DNA from: Macrostomum lignano | Lineage: Eukaryota | Assembly (NCBI GenBank): GCA_002269645.1 | Contig: NIVC01000436.1 | Span: 124,001 to 188,000, forward strand | Direction: 5' to 3' | Length of the DNA: 64,000 bases | In this document: piece by piece, positions 11,925 through 24,500 of the stretch | How positions within the stretch are numbered: position 1 is the first letter of the stretch | Layout: every line of letters begins with the position of its first letter | Notes under the pieces: model-generated | What the model saw: only the letters and a program-made list of their open reading frames with translations | Databases searched by the model: none | What the model was told of the DNA's origin: nothing | Made by a program: the position numbers and the translations under genes

Positions 11925-14900
11925 ATGACAGGAAATTCTGGTATGGAGCATCTCATTTTTGTCATTAACCAGCTTCAGGATGCATGCGCATCATCTGGAA
12001 CGTCTATTCGAATTGATCTACCTCAGATTGCCGTCGTTGGCAGTCAGAGTGCAGGAAAAAGTAGCGTTCTAGAAAACTTTGTGGGCAGGTATGTTTCGAT
12101 TTCTTCAGAAAGAATTTTTCATGTGCATGTAAATCCTAAGTTTCAGCTGACACAAAGCCACGATGAATACTGCATTTTTTTGTCGTATTTCTATTGAATA
12201 TTGTTTATTATTACACTGTATATTTTAATTAAATTAAAAACAGAGACTTTTTGCCGCGAGGGTCTGGAATCGTCACAAGGCGACCTTTGATTTTGCAGCT
12301 GATGAATTATCAAACCGGTAAGCGACGATTATTTAAATAATTTCTGCTGCAATACAATCAATTTAAAACGATTTAAAACACTTCATCACCAGAATACGCC
12401 GAGTTCGGCCACATTCGCGGTAAAAAATTTGTGAACTTCGACGAAGTCCGTCGCGAAATCGAAGTTGAGACAGACCGTCTCACAGGGCAGAACAAGGGCA
12501 TCTCAAATGTGCCTATCACTCTCCGAGTTTACAGTCCTCAAGTTCTCAACCTGACACTGGTTGACCTGCCCGGCATGACCAAAGTGGCAGTTGGCGACCA
12601 GCCTCCGGATATTGAGCAGCAAGTTCGAACAATGATTTGGGAATTCATTTCCAAGGATAATTGCCTTATTCTGGCTGTCTCGCCGGCCAATTCAGACTTG
12701 GCGAATAGCGACGCATTGAAACTGGCGAAAGAGGCAAGCTTAATAAATAAAACTAATTGTGCTTTATCTAAATTTAGCTAGCGGTATTACAGAATTTTTT
12801 TTCCTCAAAATCTGTTTTATCATTTGTCTTTCATAAATCTTGAATCAATCTTTATCCCATACGCGTTTCCCCTGTTATGACTTCCCCTTGACACGGTACT
12901 CATTTTATTTGCTAATTCTTGCACCCGATGAAACCCATGCACAACTAGTTCCATCGAATTCATTCTATACTTTCTTTCTTCATAATTTAAACAATCCAAT
13001 AAACCTGTAATCTTTGCTCCATTCTTAGAATCGTATATCCGCCAATCATATTCCTAGAATGCTATCCTCCCACCAATATTCATTCTTATAATCTCATTCT
13101 CAACTCCCAAAATGTTTTTAGACTCGAATCCTCACACTTAGGATCCCATTCTCCCACCGTATTCTTAGAATCCCATTCTCCAACGTATTCTTAGAATCCC
13201 ATTCCCACCATATTCTTAGAATCCCATTCCCACCATATTCTTAGAATCCCATTCCCACCATATTCTTAGAATCCCATTCCCACCATATTCTTAGAATCCC
13301 ATTCCCACCATATTCTTAGAATCCCATTCCCACCATATTCTTAGAATCCCATTCCCACCATATTCTTAGAATTCCAACCCCACTGTCCCACCCAGGCTGA
13401 TCCCAGCGGCTCTCGCACAATCGGGGTTCTCACCAAACTCGACCTCATGGACGCCGGCACAGACGCTCGCGATGTACTAGAGAATCGGTTCCTGCCTCTT
13501 CGTCGAGGCTACGTCGGCGTCGTTAACCGGTCGCAGAAAGACGTCGACGGTCGGAAGGACATCAGCTCGGCGATGGCGGCGGAGAGGAAATTCTTTCTCG
13601 GCCATCCGGCCTACCGGCATATGGCCGAGAGGATGGGCACTGCTCACCTGCAGAGGTGCCTCAATCAGCAGCTAGTCGGGCACATCCGGGATACCCTGCC
13701 AACGCTGCGGGCCGCCCTGCAGAGTCGCCTCACCGAGCTGGAGGCCGAGCATCGCGCCTTTGGCGGTCTTGATCCGGACGATCCCAACGCTAAGGCGAAA
13801 ATTATGGCAACGTAAGACTTTTAAATTTCACCTCTTCCCCATATCCCAGATTTAAAATCCCTACACCCTATTCCTCTTTCCCGTATCCCAGATTTAGAAT
13901 CCCTACACCCTACTCCTCTTTTCCCATATCCCAGATTTGGAATCCCTACACCCTGCTCCTCTTTTCCCATATCCCAGATTTAGAATCCCTACACCCTACT
14001 CCTCTTTTCCTATATCCCAGATTTGGAATCCCTACACCCTATTCCTCTTTTCCCATATCCCAGATTTAGAATCCCTACACCCTACTCCTCTTTTCCTATA
14101 TCCCAGATTTAGAATCCCTACACCCTATTCCTCTTTTCCCATATCCCAGATTTAGAATCCCTACACCCTATTCCTCTTTCCCGTATCCCAGATTTAGAAT
14201 CCCTACACCCTACTCCTCTTTTCCCATATCCCAGATTTAGAATCCCTACACCCTACTCCTGTTTTCCCATATCCCAGATTTAGAATCCCTACACCCTATT
14301 CCTCTTTCCCATATCCCATATTTAGAATCCCTACACCCTACTCCTCTTTTCCCATATCCCAGATTTAGAATCCCTACACCCTACTCCTCTTTCCCATATC
14401 CCAGATTTAGAATCCCTACACCCTACTCCTCTTTTCCCATATCCCAGATTTAGAATCCCTACACCCTATTCCTCTTTCCCATATCCCAGATTTAGAATCC
14501 CTACACCCTACTCCTCTTCTCCCATATCCCAGATTTAGAATCCCTACACCCTATTCCTCTTTCCCATATCCCAGATTTAGAATCCCTACACCCTATTCCT
14601 CTTTCCCATATCCCATATTTAGAATCCCTACACCCTACTCCTCTTTCCCATATCCCAGATTTAGAATCCCTACACCCTATTCCTCTTTTCCCATATCCCA
14701 GATTTAGAATCCCTACACCCTATTCCTCTTTCCCATATCCCAGATTTAGAATCCCTACACCCTACTCCTCTTTTCCCATATCCCAGATTTAGAATCCCTA
14801 CACCCTATTCCTCTTTCCCATATCCCAGATTTAGAATCCCTACACCCTACTCCTCTTTTCCCATATCCCAGATTTAGAATCCCTACACCCTATTCCTCTC

Positions 14901-17900
14901 TTTCCCGTATCCCAGATTTAGAATCCCTACACTCTATTCCTCTTTTCCCATATCCCAGATTTAGAATCCCTACACCCTATTCCTCTTTTCCCGTGTCCCC
15001 AACATCTAGAATTTCAGTGGGTTAGTAACCGCAGAAATCATTAAATATATATTAATAAGGAATAAATTCTCACCCAGCACCTCACTCTTTGCGCTGCAGT
15101 TTAATCAACCAGTTCATTGAGAATTTCACCAAAGCAATCGAAGGCTTCGGCGAAGTCAGCACCAAGGAATTGTCGGGCGGTGCAAAAATTAACAAAATCA
15201 TTCACGACCGATACATGTACATGCTGCATAAGGTGACTGAATTGATTTCTTATTAAATTTTATTATTTTTTATTGATTACACCTGCCCAATTTGGGGCAG
15301 ATGTGCAACCGACAGCTCAGCCGCAGCTATTGCGCGGCGCATCTGAAGGCTGCGTACGGCTGTTCAGTCCAAGGACTGGGGGGGGGGAGTCGCCAAACAC
15401 CCTCAATGACCCCAGCTAATGCTGGCACCAATTTTACATCTGGGTGAACTGAAGCAATGCAGAGTTAATTGTTTTGCTCAAGGACACAAATTGTTCCAAG
15501 TGGGATCGGGAATCGAACCCCCGACGTTTCAGTTGTGAGTCAGACGCTCCAACCACTAGGCTACAACCCCTTTCTTGTTACAATACGCTTGCATGATGTT
15601 GCATGTGCAAATGAAGCCAATTTAAAACCAAACTCTCTACGCGCCAAACTGAGCTGATTTTTGATTGGCCAATTCAAACACTAGGTTCTGGCGCCAATTC
15701 AAAACCAGATTCTAGCGCTAATTTGATACCAGATTCTGGCGCCAATTTGAAACCAGATTCTGGCGCCAATTTGAAACCAGATTCTGGCGCCAATTTAAAT
15801 GCAGCTTCTGGCGCTAATTGAAGACTAGAATAACATAGATAGATAGATACTTAGATAGAGACAGACAAACAATTTTTCGTATTATTAGTGGATTTTTGCG
15901 CCAGATTCTTTCCAAATCTAGATTTTGGCGCCAAACCAAGACCAGGTTCCTAGCGTTAACCAAACACTAAGCATTTTTGTGTTGTTCTACAGATCTATCG
16001 CAACTTCTATGTTTGTATATATCTCGTATGCATTGACTCATTTTTTCATTTCAGTCTTCGAGATATATCGGCGAAAAGCACTATGTAAGTTGGGGTACAT
16101 GTGTATATTGCGTTTCAGTGGCATTCGTGCGCAGTTTATTAAACTGTACCCTCACTTGTAACAGATGGGTATACTGCAGCATTACATTATATGTAACAGT
16201 TTCACTATGAATGTGCCATACTTACTTTATTTTTTTTCAGACTGAATCGGACGAACGCGAACTGAGACGGGAGATTAAATTCGCAATTAGAAATATTCAC
16301 GGCATTCGGTGAGGTGCACTGTCAATTGCCATTTTATTGCACCCTGTCTCTATCTTTGATATGACAAATTTTTAACAGAGATAATTACTATAAATGGTTT
16401 TGTCAGCTATTATAACTGCGATACCCCCAGGCATGTGATCCGCCACCAGATGCAATCAGAATTTTGTTATTTGGCTGAACCTAGCCAAGACCTTTATTTT
16501 CGACATAGAAATTACAAATCGTTTTCTTTACCAAATTAGCTGAACAACTCAGTGACATAACTCCCCTCCTTATCTAACAATTTTGCACATTTAACCGAAT
16601 TAAATAGAGCTCAACGCGCCACCAAGTAACCTGACTCTTATCTCCCACCCCACACCCTAACCACCACCCCAAACCCTAACCCACCACCCCAAACCCTAAC
16701 CCACCACCCCAAACCCTAACCACCACCCTAAACCCTAACCAACCTCCCCAAACCCTAACCACCACCCCAAACCCTAACCACCACCCTAAACCCTAACCAA
16801 CCTCCCCAAACCCTAACCCACCACCCCAAACCCTAACCCACCACCCCAAACCCTAACCCAACACACCAAACCCTAATCCACCACCCAAACCCTAACCCAC
16901 CACAACCAAACCCTAACCCACCACACCACACCAAACCCTAACCCACATCCCCAAACCCTAACCCACCTCCCCAAACCCTAACCCACCTCCCCAAACCCTA
17001 ACCCACCTCCCCAAACCCTAACCCACCTCCCCAAACCCTAACCCACCTCCCCAAACCCTAACCCACCACCCCAAACCCTAACCCACCACCCCAAACCTTA
17101 ACCCACCACAACAAAACCCTAACCCACAACTTTAAACTTTAACACACAACCCAAACCCTAACCACTAACCCAGAACCGGTTTATTCACGCCTGACTTGGC
17201 ATTTGAAACGGTGGTTCGCCAACAAATTGGCCGCCTAAAAGAGCCAACGCTGCGCTGCGTAGAGCTGGTGACAGCAGAGCTGGGCTCAGTGGTGCACAAA
17301 TGCGCCCACGAGATGCGCAGCTACCCTCGCCTCCGGGAGACAGTCGAAGGCATCGTCAGCGCTAGGATTCGCGAAAGAGAAGTGGAAGCTAAGTCTCAGC
17401 TGATGCTGACCATGGACATCCAGCTGGGGTATATCAATACTAATCACGAGGACTTTATCGGATTCGTTAAGTAAGGATTAAGGGTTTTGCCTGAGTAATC
17501 TACCTGTAATCTACTCATAATCTACCTGTAATCCACTGACAATCTTCCTGTAATCTACTCGTAATCTACCTGTAATCTACTGACAATCTACCTGTAGTCT
17601 ACTGACAATCTACCTGTAATCTACTTACAATCTACCTGTAATCTACTTACAATCTACCTGTAATCTACTCATAATCTACCTGTAATCTACTGACAATCTA
17701 CCTGTAGTCTACTTACAATCTACCTGTAATCTACTGACAATCTACCTGTAATCTACTTACAATCTACCTGTAATCTACTTAGAATCTACCTGTAATCTAC
17801 TCATAATTTACCTGTAATCTACTTAGAATCTACCTGCAATCTACTTGCATATTGGCCTCAAACTATAACTAATCATCTCTAAATTTAATTTACAAATATT

Positions 17901-20900
17901 TCAGCGCCCAAAAATCGACCGAAAGACGCACGAAGGAGCGAGTTGGAAATCAGGTGACCAATTTGACCTTGACATGCTGCTCTTCATACTGACGCTGGCC
18001 GGTTGAATCCAGAGTTGACAAAAATAGTCAATATTTTCAGTGCAGATTAAGTCAACTTTTCAGGTGCATGCTGATTGTATAATTCAAGCGTGTGCCTAAA
18101 CTATGTGAAGGTTAGCTTGACGTTTCACCGAATGACTATCAAAAGCATTTATCAGGCAGGAGGAATATGTGAATATGATTCGCATCATTGATATTTTTAT
18201 ACTGTCGTTTCCATTTTTTGATTGGCGTAATGCAGTTTGAATTGAACTTTTCAAGCTTTTATAACAAGTAACAGCTATTCTGTAATTTATTTCACAATGT
18301 CTAACAGGTATCACTCTGTCTACCAGGTATCACCATATCCAACAGGTATCACTTGTCCAACAGGTATCTCTCTGTCTAACAGGTATCCCCATATTCAACA
18401 GGTATCACTTGTCTAACAGGTATCTCTCTGTCTAACAGGTATCACTATATCTAACAGGTATCACTATATCTAACAGGTATCACTATATCTAACAGGTATA
18501 ATCTTATCTAATAGGTATCATCTTATCTAACAGGTATCATCTTATCTAACAGGTATTCCTCTGTCTAGTAGGTAGCACCTTATCTAACACGTATCAGTTT
18601 GTCTAACAGGTATCGCTTTATCTAAAAGGTATCACCTTTTCTAACAGGTATCACCTTATCTAACAGATATCACCTTGTCTAACAGGTATCACCATATCTA
18701 ACAGGTATCACTCTGTACAACAGGTATCTTTCTGTCTAACAGGTATCACCATATCTAACAGGTATCACCTTATCTAACAGGTGTCACCTTATTTAATGTA
18801 TCACCATATCTAACAGGTATCACTCTGTCCAACAGGTATCTTTCTGTCTAACAGGTATCACCATATCTAACAGGTATCACCTTATCTAACAGGTGTCACC
18901 TTATCTAACATGTATCACCATGTCTAACAGGGATCAACCATGTCTAACGAGTATTTTTCTGTCTTATAATTATCACCATATTAATTTTGTAGCTGTAAAA
19001 ATTATTATATTATGGCATTACAAGAAAGATTTATAATATTTTATCAATCAAACCATCACTGTTTCATTTGAACAGGTGATTCACAAAGGCTTCCTGACAA
19101 TCAATAACAAGCACATCATGCGGGGCTGCTGCTGCTGGTTCGTCCTGTCGTCTGAGAGTCTCACCTGGTACGCGGATCAAGAGGTCAGTTTTGGTGCTCG
19201 CGTAATTTTTTATTAATCTCCTCTTATCTCCTCTCTTCTCTTTCCTCTTCTCTTTCCTCTTCTCTTTCCTCTTCTCTTTCCTCTCCCCTCCTCTCCTCTC
19301 CTCTCGTCTCCTCTCCTCTCGTCTCCTCTCTCCTCTCCTCTCCACTCGTCTCCTCCCCTCTTATCTCCTCTCTTCTCTCTCCTCTCCCCTCCTCTCCTCT
19401 CCTCTCTCCTCTCTCCTCTCCTCTCTCTCCTCTCCTCTCCTCTCCACTCGTCTCCTCCCCTATTATCTCCTCTCTTCTCTCTCCTCTCCCCTCCTCTCCT
19501 CTCCTCTCTCCTCTCTCCTCTCCTCTCTCTCCTCTCCTCTCCTCTCCACTCGTCTCCTCCCCTCTTATCTCCTCTCTTCTCTCTCCTCTCCTTTCCTCTC
19601 CTCTCTTCTCCTCTCCTCTCCTCTCCTCTCCTCTCCTCTCCTCTCCTCTCTCTCCTCTCCTCTCTCTCCTCTCCTCTCCTCTCCTCTCCTCTCCTCTCCT
19701 CGCCTCTCCTCTCCTCTCCTCTCCTCTCCTCTCCTCACCTCTCCTCTCCTCTTCTCTCCTCTCCTCTCTCCTCTCCTCTCCTCTCCTCTCCTCTCCTCTC
19801 CTCTCCTCTCCTCTCCTCACCTCTCCTCTCCTCTTCTCTCCTCTCCTCTCTCCTCTCTCCTCTCCTCTCCACTCGTCTCCTCCCCTCTTATCTCCTCTCT
19901 TCTCTCTCCTCTCCTTTCCTCTCCTCTCTTCTCCTCTCCTCTCCTCTCCTCTCCTCTCTCCTCTCTCCTCTCCTCTCTCCTCTCTCCTCTCCTCTCTCTC
20001 CTCTCCTCTCCTCTCCTCTCCTCTCCTCTCCTCTCCTCACCTCTCCTCTCCTCTTCTCTCCTCTCCTCTCTCCTCTCCTCTCCTCTCCTCTCCTCTCCTC
20101 TCCTCACCTCTCCTCTCCTCTCTCTCCTCTCCTCTCCTCTCCTCTCCTCACCTCTCCTCTCCTCTCCTCTCCTCTCCTCTCCTCTCCTCTCCTCTCCTCT
20201 CCTCGCCTCTCCTCTCCTCTCCTCTCCTCTCCTCTCCTCTCCTCACCTCTCCTCTCCTCTTCTCTCCTCTCCTCTCTCCTCTCCTCTCCTCTTCTCTCCT
20301 CTCCTCTCTTCTCTCTCCTCTCCCCTCCTCTCCTCTCCTCTCTCCTCTCTCCTCTCCTCTCTCTCCTCTCCTCTCCTCTCCACTCGTCTCCTCCCCTCTT
20401 ATCTCCTCTCTTCTCTCTCCTCTCCTTTCCTCTCCTCTCTTCTCCTCTCCTCTCCTCTCCTCTCCTCTCCTCTCTCCTCTCTCCTCTCATCTCTCTCCTC
20501 TCCTCTCCTCTCCTCTCCTCTCCTCTCCTCTCCTCTCCTCACCTCTCCTCTCCTCTTCTCTCCTCTCCTCTCCTCTCCACTCGTCTCCTACCCTCTTATC
20601 TCCTCTCTTCTCTCTCCTCTCCTTTCCTCTCCTCTCTTCTCCTCTCCTCTCCTCTCCTCTCCTCTCTCCTCTCCTCTCCTCTCCTCTCCTCTCCTCTCCT
20701 CTCCTCTCTCCTCTCTCCTCTCTTCTCTCTCCTCTCCTCTCCTCTCCTCTCCTCTCCTCTCCTCGCCTCTCCTCTCCTCTCCTCTCCTCTCCTCTCCTCT
20801 CCTCACCTCTCCTCTCCTCTCCTCTCCTCTCCTCACCTCTCCTCTCCTCTTCTCTCCTCTCCTCTCCTCTTCTCTCCTCTCCTCTCTCCTCTCTCCTCTC

Positions 20901-21445
20901 CTCTCTCTCCTCTCCTCTCCTCTCCTCTCCTCTCCTCTCCTCGCCTCTCCTCTCCTCTCCTCTCCTCTCCTCTCCTCACCTCTCCTCTCCTCTCCTCTCC
21001 TCTCCTCTCCTCACCTCTCCTCTCCTCTTCTCTCCTCTCCTCTCTCTTCCCCTCCTCTCCTTTCCTCTCCTCTCTTCTCCTCTCCTCTCCTCTCCTCTCC
21101 TCTTCTCTCCTCTCGTCTCGTCCCTTCTCTTATCTTCTCTTATAATCTCTTATCTTACCTCCTGTTCTTTCTTTTCATCCCCTCTTTTCTTTTTTTGTCT
21201 TCTCCACTGTCTTACCTCTCCAAATCTGCACTGCAACTCTCACAGAAATCTATAATCTCTTAGAACTAAGCGAACTATAGTTTGGAGATTGTTGCACATA
21301 AGATTGGGTACCAACTATTCAGAAAAGGCAGTTCAGTCTAAATACGGTTTCTCGTGTAGCTACGAGCTAATTTTAAGCTTTGCACTTCCGCTCAATTCTG
21401 TCTTACTTCTTTGCCAAAGGCGGCAAAGCCTAAACTAAGTCCTTT

Positions 21446-21515
<70 letters not shown>

Positions 21516-24500
21516 CACTCTACCATTTGTATTTGGAAACTATACATGCACATATTATAACTTCGCTTATAATAAACACAGCTATTATTGCATTGCCTTT
21601 GCGTTATAACAACTGAGGCTTGAATAATATTAGAGTTTCGCTACGCAGCGAAAATGAAGAATCAGAGCCTTCTAATTCTGCTGGAATCAACTGCTACATT
21701 TTAACTGCCGTCGGTTGGGTAGCGGAAGAGCAGTGAAGTTTAGAAGGTAGAGGCGGAGAGACAGACCGGAGAGAAAGGAGAGAGAAGAGGGGCGAGAGAA
21801 GAGGGGAGGGAGAAGAGAGGAGAGATGAGAGATGAGAGAGGAGAGGGGAAAGAGGAGAGAGGAGAGAGGAGTGAGGAGAGAGGAGAGAGGAGAGGGGAAA
21901 GAGGAGAGAGGAGAGAGGAGAGAAGAGAGGGGAAAGAGGAGAGAGGAGAGAGGAGTGAGGAGAGAGGAGAGAGGAGAGAGGAGAGGGGAAAGACGAGAGT
22001 GGAGAAATGAGAGAGGAGAGGGGAAAGAGGCGAGAGGAGAGAGGAGAGAGGAGAGGGGAAAGAGGAGAGAAGAGAAATGAGAGAGGAGAGATGAGAGAGG
22101 AGGGGGGAAGATGAGAGATGAGAGAGGAGAGGGGAAAGAGGAGAGAGGAGAGAGGAGTGAGGAGAGAGGAGAGAGGAGAGAGGAGAGAGGAGAGAGGAGA
22201 GAGGAGAGAGGAGAGAAGAGAGGGGAAAGAGGAGAGAGGAGAGAGGAGTGAGGAGAGAGGAGAGAGGAGAGAGGAGAGGGGAAAGACGAGAGAGGAGAAA
22301 TGAGAGAGGAGAGGGGAAAGAGGCGAGAGGAGAGAGGAGAGAGGAGAGAGGAGAGAGGAGAGAGGAGAGAGGAGAGGGGAAAGAGGAGAGAGGAGAGAGG
22401 AGAGAGGAGAGGGGAAAGAGGAGAGAGGAGAAATGAGAGAGGAGAGATGAGAGAGGAGGGGGGAAGATGAGAGATGAGAGAGGAGAGGGGAAAGAGGAGA
22501 GAAGAGAGATGAGAGAGGAGAGATGAGAGAGGAGAGGGGAAAGAGGAGAGAAGAGAGAGGACAGAGGACAGAGGGGAGAGAGGAGAGAGTAGAGAGGAGA
22601 GAAGAGACAGGAGGGAGGAGAATATAGATAAAAGAAAAGAAGAGAGAAAAGAGAGAATAGGAGCGCATCCTCTGGACGAGGAAGGCCAGAAGTGTTCCAT
22701 AGGGCAATGTCAGATACAAACGCAACGATATGAAAGGAGCAAATACACTGCTTGAGTAGATTCAAATGGTTTAAATTCTTCTGAATGCTAAACACTGAAG
22801 AAATGTAATGAAAAGTTCAGTTTTTTGTTGCTTGTTTGACAAGTATACGAAAAGTAACTAAAAACCAACTTAACTTCTAAACCGCGGCAATACAGGAGCG
22901 CCAGCAAAAGTACATGCTGCCCTTGGAAGGCCTTCGGGTTCGCGACGGCGAGAACCGATTGTTCAGCAAAAGAAGCGTCATCGTGCTCTTCAACGCTGAT
23001 GGCAGGTTGGAGCTACGATTTGCATTAAAAACTTGAATACTTCGTAGTACCAATAGAAACATCGTATTGAAAGTCATAGTGTAACTACTGTGAGTAGAAA
23101 CGGTGAAATTTAAATCTAGAAAACGTTTGAATTACCCGAACAGAAACACGTACAAAGACTGCAAGAGTCTGGAGCTTGCGGCCGAGTCAGCCGACGATGT
23201 CGACACTTGGAAGGCGGCGCTGCTTCGCGCTGGAGTTTATCCGGAGGGTGACGAGGAGGAGAAAGAGGAGGTGAGAGAAATGCAGGCAAGTGTTTGCTTT
23301 GTTACCTCACTCCGCATCCACCTCACTCCGCACATTCCTCACTCTGCAACCACCTCACTCCTCGCCCACCTCACTCCTTACCCACCTCACTCCTCGCCCA
23401 CCTCACTCCTTACCCACCTCACTCCTCACCCACCTCACTCCTTACCCACCTCACTCCTCACCCACCTCACTCCTTACCCACCTCACTCCTCACCCACCTC
23501 ACTCCTCAACCACCTCACTCCTTACCCACCTCACTCCTCACCCACCTCACTCCTCAACCACCTCACTCCTCACCCACATCACTTCTCAACCACCTCACTC
23601 CTCACCCACCTCACTCCTCGCCCACCTCGCTCCTCGCCCACCTCACTCCTCAACCACCTCACTCCTCACCCACCTCACTCCTCACCCACCTCACTCCTCG
23701 CCCACCTCGCTCCTCGCCCACCTCACTCCTCAACCACCTCACTCCGCATCCACCTCCCTCCGCACCGTACCTAATTCATTCTCCTGTCACAGAGACTACG
23801 GATATCTATGTTAATATCTACTGCCAAGAATAAAATTATTGAATCAATACAACTCTTACTCATCAAACTCGCACTCAACCAGGCTAGAAGCAGCAGTATA
23901 GAGGAGGAAACCCTGGACCCGTCGATGGAGCGTCAAGTTGAGACAATCCGGAGTTTGGCCAAATCCTACATGCGCATAGTGGACAAAGCGCAACGAGACT
24001 TTGTGCCAAAGACCATCATTCACATGGTGGTTAATGACGTACGCTTTGGGATGTGCAAATTCTTTCTTAAATATGACTAATTCTTACAATTATGTCACAG
24101 TTTAGGACGGAGGTGGGTCTGGATCTAGAATGGGTTGCTTTGAATCGAGATGAGAGCATGTGGGTGAAGAGTGAGGTGGATAATATGTGTGAAGTGGTTG
24201 AGGAATGAGGCGGGTGAGGGGTGAAGTGGGTGAGGAGTGAGGTGGTTGAGGAGTGAGGTGGTTGAGGAGTGAGGTGAGCGAGGAGTGAGGTGGGTGAGGA
24301 GTGGGTGAGTGAGGAGTGAGGTGGGTGAGGAGTGAGGTGGGTGAGTGAGGTGGGTGAGGAGGGAGGTGGTCGAGGAGTGAGGTGGTTGAAGAGTGAGGTG
24401 GTTGAGGAGTGAGGTGGTTGAGGAGTGAGGTGGTTGAAGAGTGAGGTGGTTGAGGAGTGAGGTGGTTGAAGAGTGAGGTGGTTGAGGAGTGAGGTGGTTG

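Noticed and set aside
15499-15570. tRNA-like gene (loop CT-CAC-AA)
   Set aside because: The anticodon stem does not pair (TCTGA/CTGAA), and the sequence continues into a SINE body.
16111-16161. Possible mutually exclusive dynamin exon (CAG|TGGCATTCGTGCG...)
   Set aside because: Only GGCATTCG matches exon 6; it reaches a stop and has no stalk homology.
16645-17170. True telomere or chromosome-fusion site
   Set aside because: The units are 17-18 bp with a single CCCTAA, intronic, and not head-to-head.
19064-22795. ERRGE- and SPLSS-repeat ORFs
   Set aside because: Purine/pyrimidine satellite translations within dynamin intron 9.
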